A stretch of 64,000 nt of DNA. It comes from a virus. This document shows positions 10,901 to 20,422 of the stretch, piece after piece. The notes below the pieces were generated by a model. That model saw nothing but the letters and a program-made list of their open reading frames with translations. It had not been told where the DNA came from and made no database searches. The translations under genes and the position numbers were made by a program. Each line of letters starts with the position of its first letter. The first letter of the stretch is position 1. Location: positions 32,001 to 96,000 of IMG/VR virus record IMGVR_UViG_3300008516_000204; one strand, 5' to 3'.

Positions 10901-11031
10901 GGATGATAGGCGGGCACGATTATGGCTATTTACCCAATGTTACAAAAGCGGTTGATAAAGTATTCGGGGAGCAGAAAGTAGAAACTTTTGAGGACACAAG
11001 TTGGTTGGTTAGATTGGAAAATGTAAAATGA
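7948..11031 (+). CDS. Multidomain GT2-TPR glycosyltransferase / SAM methyltransferase / GT-B glycosyltransferase / Methyltransf_24-like fusion
   Basis: MIVKNE..STDGT..MDAD (GT2); TPRs (FYLAQS, YQIGNCY); LELGSGKST..VDGPPG; WAHD..ISDWQK..ETFG (GT-B); EIGSYIGES..YIDSNH..GHDY. Confidence 0.85.
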   Translation: MKTIALAMIVKNESRVIKRCLDSVKNIIDYYVIIEDTASTDGTADIIRETLKDIPGEIIQKDWVGFADTRNHYIEASKGKADYILVMDADQILEVDNDFDKDKLDKDIYNCIVKYPTLQHHFPKIFRPDCGCKYKGIIHNFLSTSNVTVGQLNNIRFLDLHDGKRAMNYSEKIKKDIEILKSAIKADPANKVRYTFYLAQSLREDGRYEQAIRYYKKRVSYKGWREEVYRSLYQIGNCYLALKDYNRAIYSYLKAYNYRPTRAESIFKLALLYRNLGQRQLAYEFSKIGIGIKYPKSDTLFVEHNIYDYLMLFEYSIALYYVGRYAESIRVCNRIDSMVGVPKSIKEQNRKNREFSLNKISEWSMDKEMYNWIRRNVPRGGTILELGSGKSTIDLEKDYRVYSVEHSKEWLNLSPKSRYIYAPIRKGWYDIDVLKREMPIHYNLIIVDGPPGYIGRKGFYENLKLFNTKVPILFDDTNRKAEKGLLEKVAKKLRTKYTEYNVSNKKFAVLNYIEKKPKKYDVIFYDNVTTPFTSRTWKSKAVGASILEASLLLTELAKEKKVLAFSRTDKSKVQDRILWKNYNNCYNYECDTLIVFRYSSLPPIKYKRLIVWAHDAPPLAHRHLFEALNRDNATLVTISDWQKSLFEKYVKNIETIRLWLPDWIYSYKTEKDPNKYIYASANVKGLDSTIKLWSELKRDSRMIGATLYVCTPGYDKVDEQKLREAGVVFLGSLPTLEDVIREIASSVGMFYVNDFPETFGVSPYLAEVLGCRTHILCVKGFGALREVLNSDLLTDDRDKFMADVLEAHQNGGHIFEPDVLTKEEQYRKWKAMIDKKEITEILQESDIPKGMYLRNFEGGKEGLQELISNLPKNCVMAEIGSYIGESTELFAKNCFRVYAIDAWENYYDKNDKSSYQYPMKLVEQAFDVKTKKFFLKIVKIKKYSKEASETFGNKIFDFVYIDSNHQYENILEDIKIWLPKIKPNGMIGGHDYGYLPNVTKAVDKVFGEQKVETFEDTSWLVRLENVK

Positions 11032-11266
11032 AAACTATAAAAGAAGTTTATTATAGCCCCAAATATAATCGATTTGTTCAAATTAGAGGACTCCGAGATG
11101 ATGGATATATAATTGGAGGTTTTACTATTTTTTATAATGATGCTTTTACCACTACCAGAAATAGCAAGATGAGTAGAAATTTCTGTAAAGATTTTATTGA
11201 AATTGATAATATAGATGAGCTCAAATTTGCTAAATTGGATGAAAATACTAATACTTGGAGAATAAA

Positions 11267-12070
11267 ATGAACATAGGTATCTGGGGAACTGGCATAGTAG
11301 GCTCGGCAACAGGCAGGGTGCTTGAGCAGGCACACAAGGTCTATTACTATGATAAGTATAAAAAAGACCCCAAACTTACTACTGATAAAGAGTTGGTGGA
11401 TAATTGCCAGATTATATTCATTACTGTTCCTACACCTATGTTGCGAAGCGGTAGGATTGGTATAAGAGATATAAAAGACTCTCTATTTCAAATACAAAGA
11501 TTGACGAAATTGAGGAAGATAATTGTTATCAAAAGCACAGTAGTCCCAGGTACTACCAAGCGATTTGTCTACAAGTTTCCACAGTTTGACTTTGCCCATA
11601 ATCCAGAATTTTTGCGGGCTAAATATGCTTATGAAGATATGTTAAACTCCAAAAGAGTAGTGCTTGGTGTGGATAAAGATGAAATTTTCCAGATACTTGA
11701 GAAAATGTATCGTGAGATATTTAAGGAAATTCCTATTATAAAGGCGACATTCACCGAAGCCGAGATAGTAAAATATGCCTCCAATATAATGTTAGCTGGG
11801 CAGATAGCACTGGCTAATGAATTGTATCAGGTTTGTAAGCAGTTAAGAATAGACTATAAAATAATTGAACAAGTTTTAAGTTATGATAAAAGAATAGGAA
11901 CAAATATTAAAATGCCAGGTTTGGATGGTAAATTAGGTTTCGGTGGTGGATGTTTTCCTAAAGACCTCAATGCACTGATTTATAGGTCAAGGGAAGCGGG
12001 TTATCGCCCATATTTGTTGGAAGAAATTTGGCGATTAAATGTGAGAGTTAGGAAAGGTGCTAAAAAATGA
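11267..12070 (+). CDS. UDP-glucose/GDP-mannose dehydrogenase family protein, lacking the C-terminal domain
   Basis: GIWGTGIVG Rossmann, VPTP, KSTVVPGTT, NPEFL, AE..KY, GFGGGCFPKD. Confidence 0.9.
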   Translation: MNIGIWGTGIVGSATGRVLEQAHKVYYYDKYKKDPKLTTDKELVDNCQIIFITVPTPMLRSGRIGIRDIKDSLFQIQRLTKLRKIIVIKSTVVPGTTKRFVYKFPQFDFAHNPEFLRAKYAYEDMLNSKRVVLGVDKDEIFQILEKMYREIFKEIPIIKATFTEAEIVKYASNIMLAGQIALANELYQVCKQLRIDYKIIEQVLSYDKRIGTNIKMPGLDGKLGFGGGCFPKDLNALIYRSREAGYRPYLLEEIWRLNVRVRKGAKK

Positions 12071-12720
12071 CAAACGAGCATATCCTAAAAGTCTATTTGG
12101 CAGGTCCGATGGAAGACATTCCAGATGGTGGTATTCAGTGGCGAAACAGGATTACACCCAAATTAATTGAATATTTTGGCGATAGAATTGTCATTCAAGA
12201 CCCTTGCCGAATGGAAAACGATAAACTAAAGGGCTTCGTAGACCCAAATACTCCATTGGAAAAAGTCAAAGAGGTATTGCAGGGTTGGAGACAGGGTGGG
12301 CATTGGGATAAGTTTGACCCAGCAATGGAAAAGATAATTGATATGGATTTTGATTGTGTCGAGAAAAGTGATTTTATTATTCTCTTCCTAAAATTTAAAG
12401 ATAGGGATGGTAAAAAAGTTCAAATGGGTGGAACTATCAGTGAACTCACTTACGCTTACAGACATCGTATTCCAATTTATGCGGTTACATACAATACTAT
12501 TTCAGAAGAGAATAGTTGGATAGTTCGTATGGCACGGGGAAAAACAAAAGCTATTGGAGATAGAAAGATTTATCCCAATTTTGCCCAAGCATTGGAAGCC
12601 ATCAAAGAGGATTATAGGGAATTTAAGGTACCCAAGAAAGAAGCCGAAAAAGCATTAAAGGAATTCAAATCCGAACAAAAACCTGATGAACCCCTTAAGG
12701 AAGCTAAAGGTGAAAAATGA
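12067..12720 (+). CDS. Nucleoside 2-deoxyribosyltransferase-like / nucleotide N-glycosidase
   Basis: YLAGPM, D...V..SD, GT..E..YA motifs. Confidence 0.7.
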   Translation: MTNEHILKVYLAGPMEDIPDGGIQWRNRITPKLIEYFGDRIVIQDPCRMENDKLKGFVDPNTPLEKVKEVLQGWRQGGHWDKFDPAMEKIIDMDFDCVEKSDFIILFLKFKDRDGKKVQMGGTISELTYAYRHRIPIYAVTYNTISEENSWIVRMARGKTKAIGDRKIYPNFAQALEAIKEDYREFKVPKKEAEKALKEFKSEQKPDEPLKEAKGEK

Positions 12721-13151
12721 TTAATTACTTAATAGGTATAGGACTAAGTTTGGTTCTTAGTGGTTTGATTGGGTGGGAACGAGAATCCCAAAAGAAACCA
12801 GCAGGACTGAGAGATGCTATGCTAATTTGTCTTGGTGCTACTATGTTTACTATTATCTCGCTTATTTTAAGGGATGTTCCTGCTTCTGAAGGAGTTAAGT
12901 ATGATTTAGGAAGAATTATTGCTTACACTGTGGCTGGTGTCGGCTTTCTTGGTGGTGGGGTTATGCTAACCAATAAAAAGAAAATTGAGGGAATTACCAC
13001 AGCAAGTATGCTTTGGGCGATTGTAGGTATCGGAATTTTATGTGGGTTAGGGGAATATTTATTGGCTAGCATTTGTACGGGAGCAATTTATTTAACCTTA
13101 AAATTAAAATATGTTCAAATTAAAATAATTAAACAAAAAAATAAGAAATGA
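12717..13151 (+). CDS. MgtC/SapB family membrane protein
   Basis: IGWERE...KPAGLR, RIIA..V.GVGFLGGG, GITTA..W...IG..CG.G. Confidence 0.92.
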   Translation: MINYLIGIGLSLVLSGLIGWERESQKKPAGLRDAMLICLGATMFTIISLILRDVPASEGVKYDLGRIIAYTVAGVGFLGGGVMLTNKKKIEGITTASMLWAIVGIGILCGLGEYLLASICTGAIYLTLKLKYVQIKIIKQKNKK

Positions 13152-13738
13152 GAAAATTAATATTATTAGCAATATTCATAAGTTTATCTATATATTTGAT
13201 TAAGACGAATTTTGTAGAGCTTAAATATCATTTGCCCCTGCCTATAAAAATAGAAACCAGAGCAAATCTGACAGAGACTAAAAAAATGTTGCAGGGCAAT
13301 CCGATGAAAATAGCAAGATGGTTGGATAACAATATAACTGGAAAGTCAGATGGAAGAATTCAGTATGCCCAAACACCAGAAGAGACATTTGAGAGGCGCA
13401 CTGGTGATTGCGAAGATTATAGTATTTTGGCAAAATATTTTTTAGATTCTCGATATGATGAAATTTATTTAATAATCTGGCAAGGAAAGTCTAAGTCCTC
13501 ATCTGAACATTATGCAAAGCGTAAACAACAATCAATATGTCACTGTATTTGTGTATTCAAGATAGGCGAAAAAATGTGGGGTATAATGGATAATAGCAAT
13601 TTTATAATGGCTTATGGTTCAATAGAAGATATAGTTAAAGCAGATTGTGAATTTAGAGATACTAGGATTGGGCGTGCCTATATTGTGCGATTTACTCACT
13701 ATATTTATCGAAGAATTAAGAAACTGGATATAAAATGA
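13148..13738 (+). CDS. Transglutaminase-like cysteine protease (BTLCP-like), N-terminal TM
   Basis: GDCEDY, CHC and MDN give a Cys-His-Asp triad. Paralog at 34263. Confidence 0.75.
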   Translation: MRKLILLAIFISLSIYLIKTNFVELKYHLPLPIKIETRANLTETKKMLQGNPMKIARWLDNNITGKSDGRIQYAQTPEETFERRTGDCEDYSILAKYFLDSRYDEIYLIIWQGKSKSSSEHYAKRKQQSICHCICVFKIGEKMWGIMDNSNFIMAYGSIEDIVKADCEFRDTRIGRAYIVRFTHYIYRRIKKLDIK

Positions 13739-14271
13739 CCAAGAGAAAGAAAAATAAGAAATCACGACGAGACAAATCCCGTGTCCTACATCTATTCAAG
13801 GAAATCAATAGCGATAGTGTTGAAAATATTATCACAAAACTCCTCGAATTAGATAGGGACAGGAAGCGGAGGCTCATTACCATTTATATAAATTCTCCTG
13901 GTGGGGATTGTGGTTCAGGATTTGCTCTCATCGATATTATGGAAAAATGTAAGTGCCCTATTAAAACAATCGCTGTGGGCGAGGTGGCGAGTATGGCTGT
14001 TCCAATTTTTTTGGCTGGAACGCAGGGAAGGCGCTATATCTCCAAGCATACATTTCTTATGATACATCCGCTTCATTTGGGAGCGAGGGATTATTTATCT
14101 TTCGCTAAATCGAGAGTGTTAAATGCCGAAGAACTTGAGAAATTGTATGACAACTATGTTATTGATAGAAGCAATTTACCTAAAAAGATTATAGATAAGG
14201 CAAAGACTAAAGAAGTATGGCTTAATGCTAAAGAGTGTTTAAAATATGGGTTGGCTGACAAGGAACTATAA
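13735..14271 (+). CDS. clpP: ClpP-family protease
   Basis: YINSPGG, VASMA (catalytic Ser), MIHP (His), WLNAKE...YGLAD. Confidence 0.88.
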   Translation: MTKRKKNKKSRRDKSRVLHLFKEINSDSVENIITKLLELDRDRKRRLITIYINSPGGDCGSGFALIDIMEKCKCPIKTIAVGEVASMAVPIFLAGTQGRRYISKHTFLMIHPLHLGARDYLSFAKSRVLNAEELEKLYDNYVIDRSNLPKKIIDKAKTKEVWLNAKECLKYGLADKEL

Positions 14272-14522
14272 ATGAAAAGGCTTAAGAAAATCAAGCAGAT
14301 ACAGAAATTTCAGAGGGCTTATACAGCCCTCACGAGTAAGCTATTCGAGGCTGTAAAAAATGATGAGCCAGACGATTTCAAGAAGCTGGTTATGGGTTAT
14401 CTGATGGAACAGCAGAGATTGAATACGGAATTCTCTATGGACTTATTAAGGGCGATTCCAAAGGAAGTTGATAAGGACAGATTTGATAATATTATAAAAC
14501 CATTAGAAAAGGAGATTGGATA

Positions 14523-14855
14523 ATGCTAAAAAAAGACAGAGATAAGAGCAGAAAGATTCAAGCCAAAGAGAAGGATATCCCAAGAAAACTATCCTATTTC
14601 AATGAGTTTATAGGACATATGAAAAGCATTATACTCCAAGGGACAGACAAATATACTGGGGCAGAAAAGGACAAAGCCGAAACTATAGATATTATGCCCC
14701 AAGTTGTCGGGGAAGATGGGTATGTGAGTTTCATTATCTGTGATATATTAAAGAGGTTGATTAGGTTCAAGAATGATAGGAGAGAGAGAGATATAATCAA
14801 AATAGCTGTCTGGTGTTATTTACTGTTAAAATTTTATAAGGATAAACACAAATGA
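14523..14855 (+). CDS. Hypothetical, DUF3310-like helical nucleotide-handling protein
   Basis: G..KY...D.LKR..R....D..KIA.W pattern. Confidence 0.35.
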   Translation: MLKKDRDKSRKIQAKEKDIPRKLSYFNEFIGHMKSIILQGTDKYTGAEKDKAETIDIMPQVVGEDGYVSFIICDILKRLIRFKNDRRERDIIKIAVWCYLLLKFYKDKHK

Positions 14856-15406
14856 AAAAATATCAAATTATATATGTAGATCCTCCTTGGTCTTACAACG
14901 ATCAAGGTTGTCAAGGAACAATGGCAAATCATTATAAAGGTATGAAACTGGAGGATATTAAGAATCTTCCTGTGAACCAAATAGCCGATAAGAATAGTAT
15001 ATTATTTTTATGGACAACTTATCCAATGTTGCAAGAGGCATCGGAAGTGATAAAGGCATGAGGCTTTCAATACAAGAGTATTGCCTTTCAATGGGTCAAA
15101 CTAAATCCCAAAGCCCTAACCCCTTTCTATGGATTAGGGAGACGGACACGGGGTAATACAGAACCATGTTTATTGGCAACAAAAGGTAAGCCTAAAAGAG
15201 TAAGTGCCTCTGTTTTTCAACTAATATTTGCTCCTCGCAGAAAGCATAGTCAAAAACCAGATATAGCAAGAGATAAAATCATTCAACTAGTAGGAGATTT
15301 ACCTCGTATAGAATTGTTTGCTACAGAGAAAATAAAAGGATGGGATTCAATAGGTTATGAGATCGATGGCAAGGATATACGAGATGTTTTACAGGAGATG
15401 ATATGA
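14852..15406 (+). pseudogene. MT-A70-family adenine methyltransferase interrupted by an in-frame TGA
   Basis: DPPW, LFLWTT, KA*GFQYK..F.WVK (TGA 15059-15061 at the conserved Trp), HSQKP, RIELFA. Both halves are in the same frame. Confidence 0.88.
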
Positions 15407-16317
15407 AAACAAATAAAAATCTTAATTATTATATCAAGGTCTGTAAGAAATTGATAGATAGGCCATACAATAAATTCAATCTGGGCAACTATCGAGGCAT
15501 TATGGCATCTGAATATGATACCCCTGTTTACTCCTACCCAACAAAATCAGATAGCCCGATTAAGTTGATGGCAGGACAGCATAGAGAAGCCCAGATTATT
15601 TCCACCGATTATCAATTTAAGCATAATAAAAGGCGAATTATCTTGGTGGGAAAAGGGATTTTATTTGATTCAGGTGGATATAATCTAAAGCCCAAAATGG
15701 TGAATATGAAAAGTGATATGGCTGGGATGGCTGTCTCATTTGCTGTAGCTTCTTATTTTAAAAAGCAAAATGATGTAATTGCCTTCTGCCCTGTTGCAAC
15801 GAATTTTCTTGATGGAAATCAGATAATCCCTGGCGATGAAATAAAAATAGGTAATAAAATTGTTAAAATAACCAATACAGATGCGGAGGGAAGATTGATT
15901 TTAGCCGAGGCACTTTCTGAATTAAAAGTCAAACCCACAGATATAGTAATCACAGTTGCGACTTTAACTGGGGTTGTGGGCTATGCGATAGGTGATAAGG
16001 CTACTGGCGTTTTTAGTCCTAATAAAAGATTGGCAAATAAGTATTTGGAAGCATCTAAAAAGGCAAAAGAACTGGCATGGGAATTGCCCTTATGGGATTA
16101 TTTGCAGAAGCATTTTGATAAGAAGAAAATTAAAAATGTCCAGAAGATAAATCCAGGTGCCTCAATGGGAGCAATGTTTCTCAAGCAATTTGTTAGATAT
16201 CCCCAAAACTGGTTACATCTCGATATCGCTTATTCTGCTTGGGATAAGAAAAAGGAAAAGGCAACTGGTGAGCCAATTAAATCGTTAGTTCAATTTATAG
16301 AAAGGATAGGGCAGTAG
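15403..16317 (+). CDS. pepA: M17 leucyl aminopeptidase, catalytic domain only
   Basis: VGKGILFDSGG, LKP, MKSDMAG, NTDAEGRL, ATLTG, WLHLDIA. Confidence 0.92.
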   Translation: MKTNKNLNYYIKVCKKLIDRPYNKFNLGNYRGIMASEYDTPVYSYPTKSDSPIKLMAGQHREAQIISTDYQFKHNKRRIILVGKGILFDSGGYNLKPKMVNMKSDMAGMAVSFAVASYFKKQNDVIAFCPVATNFLDGNQIIPGDEIKIGNKIVKITNTDAEGRLILAEALSELKVKPTDIVITVATLTGVVGYAIGDKATGVFSPNKRLANKYLEASKKAKELAWELPLWDYLQKHFDKKKIKNVQKINPGASMGAMFLKQFVRYPQNWLHLDIAYSAWDKKKEKATGEPIKSLVQFIERIGQ

Positions 16318-16521
16318 ATATGTCGCTGAAACGGTCTATTGTTATCGATGATAGGCACTGTATATGCAAAAATTGCAAGCGTAGTAATGTCTGCCCAATC
16401 TATACTAAATACCAGAAAATGCTTGACTTGATGGAGAATATCGAACCCGATAAATATTTGATTAAGATAACAGCACATATTAGGAAATGCAATAACTTTT
16501 TATCAGACGAGGAGGTGTAAA

Positions 16522-16869
16522 ATGACGAAGATGATTCCATGTTTTGTGTGTTCCAAATTAGTTGAGGCGATTGAGGACAAGGCGATAGCGAAACTGTGTC
16601 CCGAACACGATACAGCCCAGAATCGAGAGGAAATGCGTAACACTCCAGTTCATCAGCTCTTGAGAAGGCTCAATGATTCCATTCAGAAGCAGGTTGACCA
16701 AGTTACGAATGATGTAGGAACGACCAATGCCAAGTATGAGGAAATCAGGCAGGAACTGGTTATTTTGCAGGGCAAGATAGACAGCTTGGAGACGACCCCA
16801 GCATCAGCACCTGTGGTTGAAGAACCGAAAGATACCACAAAATTAAATGAATATGGTGAGTTGATCTAA
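16522..16869 (+). CDS. Hypothetical Zn-finger + coiled-coil protein
   Basis: CxxC..CxxH followed by a heptad-like helix; GGAGG RBS. Confidence 0.55.
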   Translation: MTKMIPCFVCSKLVEAIEDKAIAKLCPEHDTAQNREEMRNTPVHQLLRRLNDSIQKQVDQVTNDVGTTNAKYEEIRQELVILQGKIDSLETTPASAPVVEEPKDTTKLNEYGELI

Positions 16870-16887
16870 TTTTTGAAAGGGAATAAA

Positions 16888-17052
16888 ATGACAGATGTTC
16901 AATTTCGAATAATGCAAGAAGCTGTAGCTAATCTGCTTAAAGTAAAAGACGAGATGGCTAAAGGTCTATTTGAAATGTATAAGGCATATCAGAAAGCAGG
17001 CTTTAAGAAGAAAGAGGCTATGGAGTTGTTGAAAACTATTCTGAAACCATAG
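16888..17052 (+). CDS. 54-aa hypothetical protein
   Basis: MTDVQF...Y.AY..AGF...EA.ELL motif seen in small phage proteins. Not in the ORF track. Confidence 0.5.
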   Translation: MTDVQFRIMQEAVANLLKVKDEMAKGLFEMYKAYQKAGFKKKEAMELLKTILKP

Positions 17053-17614
17053 GGGATAGAATGAAGAAAAGTTTGGTAGGGTGGGCTAAAAGTGAACAAT
17101 GGTTTTTAGGTCTTATTAAAACAGTAATGGAAGTTAAAAAAGTTCCTTTCTGGTTATTTGAAGATAAAGATTTTATGGCATCTATTACTTTTGGGGCTTC
17201 TTGTTTTTATTGTGAAGAAGATTTTTTATATTGGTTGGATAAATTCTTAAATGGGCTTTCAAGACATTCTCAAGAATTAGTTAATAGAGTATCTTGTATA
17301 AGAATAGTAGAAGAACTAAAAAGAAGATATGATTTGACAGATGAAAAAGGCAAGAAAGAAATTAGAGAGGAATTGTCAAAGATCACATATTAAGGAGAAT
17401 AAATGGAGAAAAATACCATCACAATAGGCAATGTCATCAGGCTTACGCAGGAGAATGGGCGATATACTGTTGAAGAAAAAACCGATGGCAAATGGATAGA
17501 GATAGCGAGATTTGCTCTGGGAATTGATATGATTACCTATGTCAAGGGCTATCTGGATGAGTATGTTGAGCAGATGAAACGATATGGCAACAATATAGAA
17601 GAACAGAAGGAAAA

Positions 17615-18328
17615 ATGATTAGACTTAAGACAGATAAAGATATTCAGTTAATTGAGAAGGCAATCGAAATAGGAAAAAATGCTTTATCGGTTGCCAAGCA
17701 AATTACTGTTGTCGGGATTACTACACAGGAGATAGATAGGCAAGTGGAAGCATACATTCTTAAAAAGGGTGCCGCTCCCTCGTTCAAAGGCTACAAGGGC
17801 TTTCCTACTGCTTGTTGTATAAGTTTGAATAATGAGATAGTACATGGATATCCCAGAGATAACAAGATAAAAAGCGGTGATATAGTCAAGATAGATATTG
17901 GTATATGCTTTAAGAGCAGATATTCCGACCAAGCAATTACATTTGTAGTTGGAGAAGGCAAGTCTAAAAAGCATCTTGATTTAGTATATACAACCAAACT
18001 GGCATTAGAGAGAGCAAAAAAGGTTGCTATTCCAAATAATACTTTGAATCAGATTTCGTGGGAAATACAGCGAACAGCACAGGAAAATGGATTGGGTATA
18101 GTTACTGCTTATACAGGACATGGCGTGGGTTTTGAAATTCACGAAGAACCAATTATCAGAAATATTGTTACTCCAAATGAAAATATGCGATTAGTAAAAG
18201 GAATGGTGTTGGCTATTGAGCCGATGTTTGCATTAGGAAAGGGCGATGTTGAAGATAAAGGATATGCTGTTGTAACTAAAGATAATAGTATGTCCTCCCA
18301 TTTTGAGGAAACAATTATCGTAAGATGA
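17615..18328 (+). CDS. map: Type I methionine aminopeptidase
   Basis: PSFKGYKGFP, CISLN..IVHG.P, D.V.ID.G, YSD, GHGVG..IHEEP, AIEPM, SHFEET. Confidence 0.95.
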   Translation: MIRLKTDKDIQLIEKAIEIGKNALSVAKQITVVGITTQEIDRQVEAYILKKGAAPSFKGYKGFPTACCISLNNEIVHGYPRDNKIKSGDIVKIDIGICFKSRYSDQAITFVVGEGKSKKHLDLVYTTKLALERAKKVAIPNNTLNQISWEIQRTAQENGLGIVTAYTGHGVGFEIHEEPIIRNIVTPNENMRLVKGMVLAIEPMFALGKGDVEDKGYAVVTKDNSMSSHFEETIIVR

Positions 18329-18930
18329 AAAAGAGTAAGACAAAAAAACTACTGTGTGAATATTGGAATCAGGGCAAAATCTGCGGTCTTGATAGAACTA
18401 AGCATTGCCCCTATACCAAAGCCACCAGTTACAAATGCGAGAGCTGGCTCAAGCGGATAAAACGACGCAAGAAAGGGATACATATTCCTGTGATAATTAC
18501 CGATACAAGAGAAAATTGTGGCTACTTATTCAAGGGCAAAGAGGCAGAGGCAAAAATAGTTATGAAGAAACTGGCAACAGGAGATTACAGTTTGGAAGGC
18601 TTCGAGAACGATATAGTCATAGAAAGAAAGCGGATAAACGAACTCTTTGGGAATTTTGCTGGGGACAGGGAACGATTTATGCGGGAAGTTGAACGAATGG
18701 AAAAAATCCCATATAAGTTTCTCTTGATAGAGGGTTCATTCAAAGATTTAGCCCAAATGAAAAAAGTCCCAGGCAAAGTCAGTATTAAATTAGTGGTGGC
18801 TACCCTCATCAGTTTGATGATAAAGCACAATGTAAAAGTTGTATTCGCTGGAAATCCGAAACTGGCGGAACAGTTGGCATATAGGATTCTTATCAAGTTT
18901 TTTAACTATAAGATAAAAGGGGATGTATAA
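18325..18930 (+). CDS. ERCC4-domain nuclease
   Basis: DTRE, TGDYSL, IERK, RF.RE..R, LLIEG. Confidence 0.88.
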   Translation: MKKSKTKKLLCEYWNQGKICGLDRTKHCPYTKATSYKCESWLKRIKRRKKGIHIPVIITDTRENCGYLFKGKEAEAKIVMKKLATGDYSLEGFENDIVIERKRINELFGNFAGDRERFMREVERMEKIPYKFLLIEGSFKDLAQMKKVPGKVSIKLVVATLISLMIKHNVKVVFAGNPKLAEQLAYRILIKFFNYKIKGDV

Positions 18931-19304
18931 TGGGAACTAATTACTATTTAAGAACAGATATTTGTAAAAGTTGTAAGAGATATGAAGAGATTCATTTAGG
19001 TAAGCATAGTTTTGGTTGGGTATTCCATCTACAATTTAACGATGGCAAATTTTATGAGCACTGGAGAGGAATGAGAAAATGGCTGAGAGACAAGACAAAA
19101 AGTGGTGCAAAGATATTCGATGAATATGAAAAAGAAGTTAATTTATGCAGTTTTATAAGATTAGTTCAAAAATTCCAGAGAGATAAGAAGAATAGAAGGC
19201 ACAATGATTATGTGAAAAAGAATTTTCCCTATAACCCTGAGTATTTAAAGGATATGATTGTAGATGCAGATAATTTTGAATTTGCTAATTACGAATTTAG
19301 TTAA
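18930..19304 (+). CDS. Conserved phage hypothetical protein
   Basis: MGTNYY..C..C..HLGK.S.GW.F...DEY pattern. Confidence 0.6.
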   Translation: MGTNYYLRTDICKSCKRYEEIHLGKHSFGWVFHLQFNDGKFYEHWRGMRKWLRDKTKSGAKIFDEYEKEVNLCSFIRLVQKFQRDKKNRRHNDYVKKNFPYNPEYLKDMIVDADNFEFANYEFS

Positions 19305-20422
19305 AAAAAGAGAAATAGAAAGGAAATATAATGGAGTTTATTAGATTCTTACGATTTTGGTGGCGATACAAAGCATTGGGATTTAAAAGATGTTGGAGAG
19401 AAAGAGAGAATTTTAAAAGATTAGTTCGTTTAATAGACGAGTTTTAGGAGGAGAATTAGATGGATTGGTTAGATAAAGAACTTGCTTTTATAACTTGGCT
19501 TTATAAATATAGTAACTTTTTTGGACAGTTAAAGCGGAAAGAGTTTAAGGAATTTCTCACCAGAAAAGAGGCTTGGGAACAATTTTGTAAGGAAATAGGA
19601 GAAGATAGGTGTCCAAACTGTGGTGGTGAATATCAACAGATTGGAAAATATTTCACCGCAGAAGGATATAAGATTTTAATTGATGGCTGTAAAAATTGTG
19701 GGCACACGAGGGAAAGATAAAATGGCAAATGATGTATGGCTTATGACTCCCGAAATCTATATGGAGATATACAGATTGGCTGTGAAGCATGGCAAGAAGG
19801 TTGGGGATTCGATGGCGGAGGAGTTTAAGGAAATTTTGCAAAAGAGAAAAGGTGAAATCGAGCATCTGGGGACTTCTGATAAGGATGCAGATTTATTGAC
19901 AGGGAATCTTCGTGAAGAAGGTTTGAAAATAATAAACCTCAGAGAACTGGAAAAAGAATGATACTGCGAAAGGTAAACAAATGAAACATCCTAAATTAAG
20001 AGCAAGGAAAAGACCAAAAAGAACGAATATCCGTAAAACTAAGCAAGATATTACAGAAATTATTGAAAATAGTCAAAGAGATATTCGTTGGTATTTGGCT
20101 AAAGATATTATGGATTATTTGAAGAAAAGAGGTATGTTAGATGTCAGGAAGAAAGACAAGAAGAAAAATAAAAAGAAGAAAAAGAAATAAACATAGATTA
20201 AGAACAAGAGGATTTGTTGAAAATCTTACACATTTCTTTTTAAAAGGAAGAGTTACTGACAAGTATACCAAAATAACTACTTTAATGATTATAGTATTAG
20301 AACTATATTGGACAACATTAGATTCTGTTTGGTTTGCTGTTGAAATGTGGTCTCCAATTCCAGTATTAGTAAACATATTGGTTATGTTATTCTTACTTCG
20401 ATTAATAAATGGGAAGTAGAAA

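Noticed and set aside
13735-14271. ClpP as the prohead maturation protease
   Set aside because: It lies among early/auxiliary genes with no portal or capsid neighbours. The role is not excluded but is unsupported.
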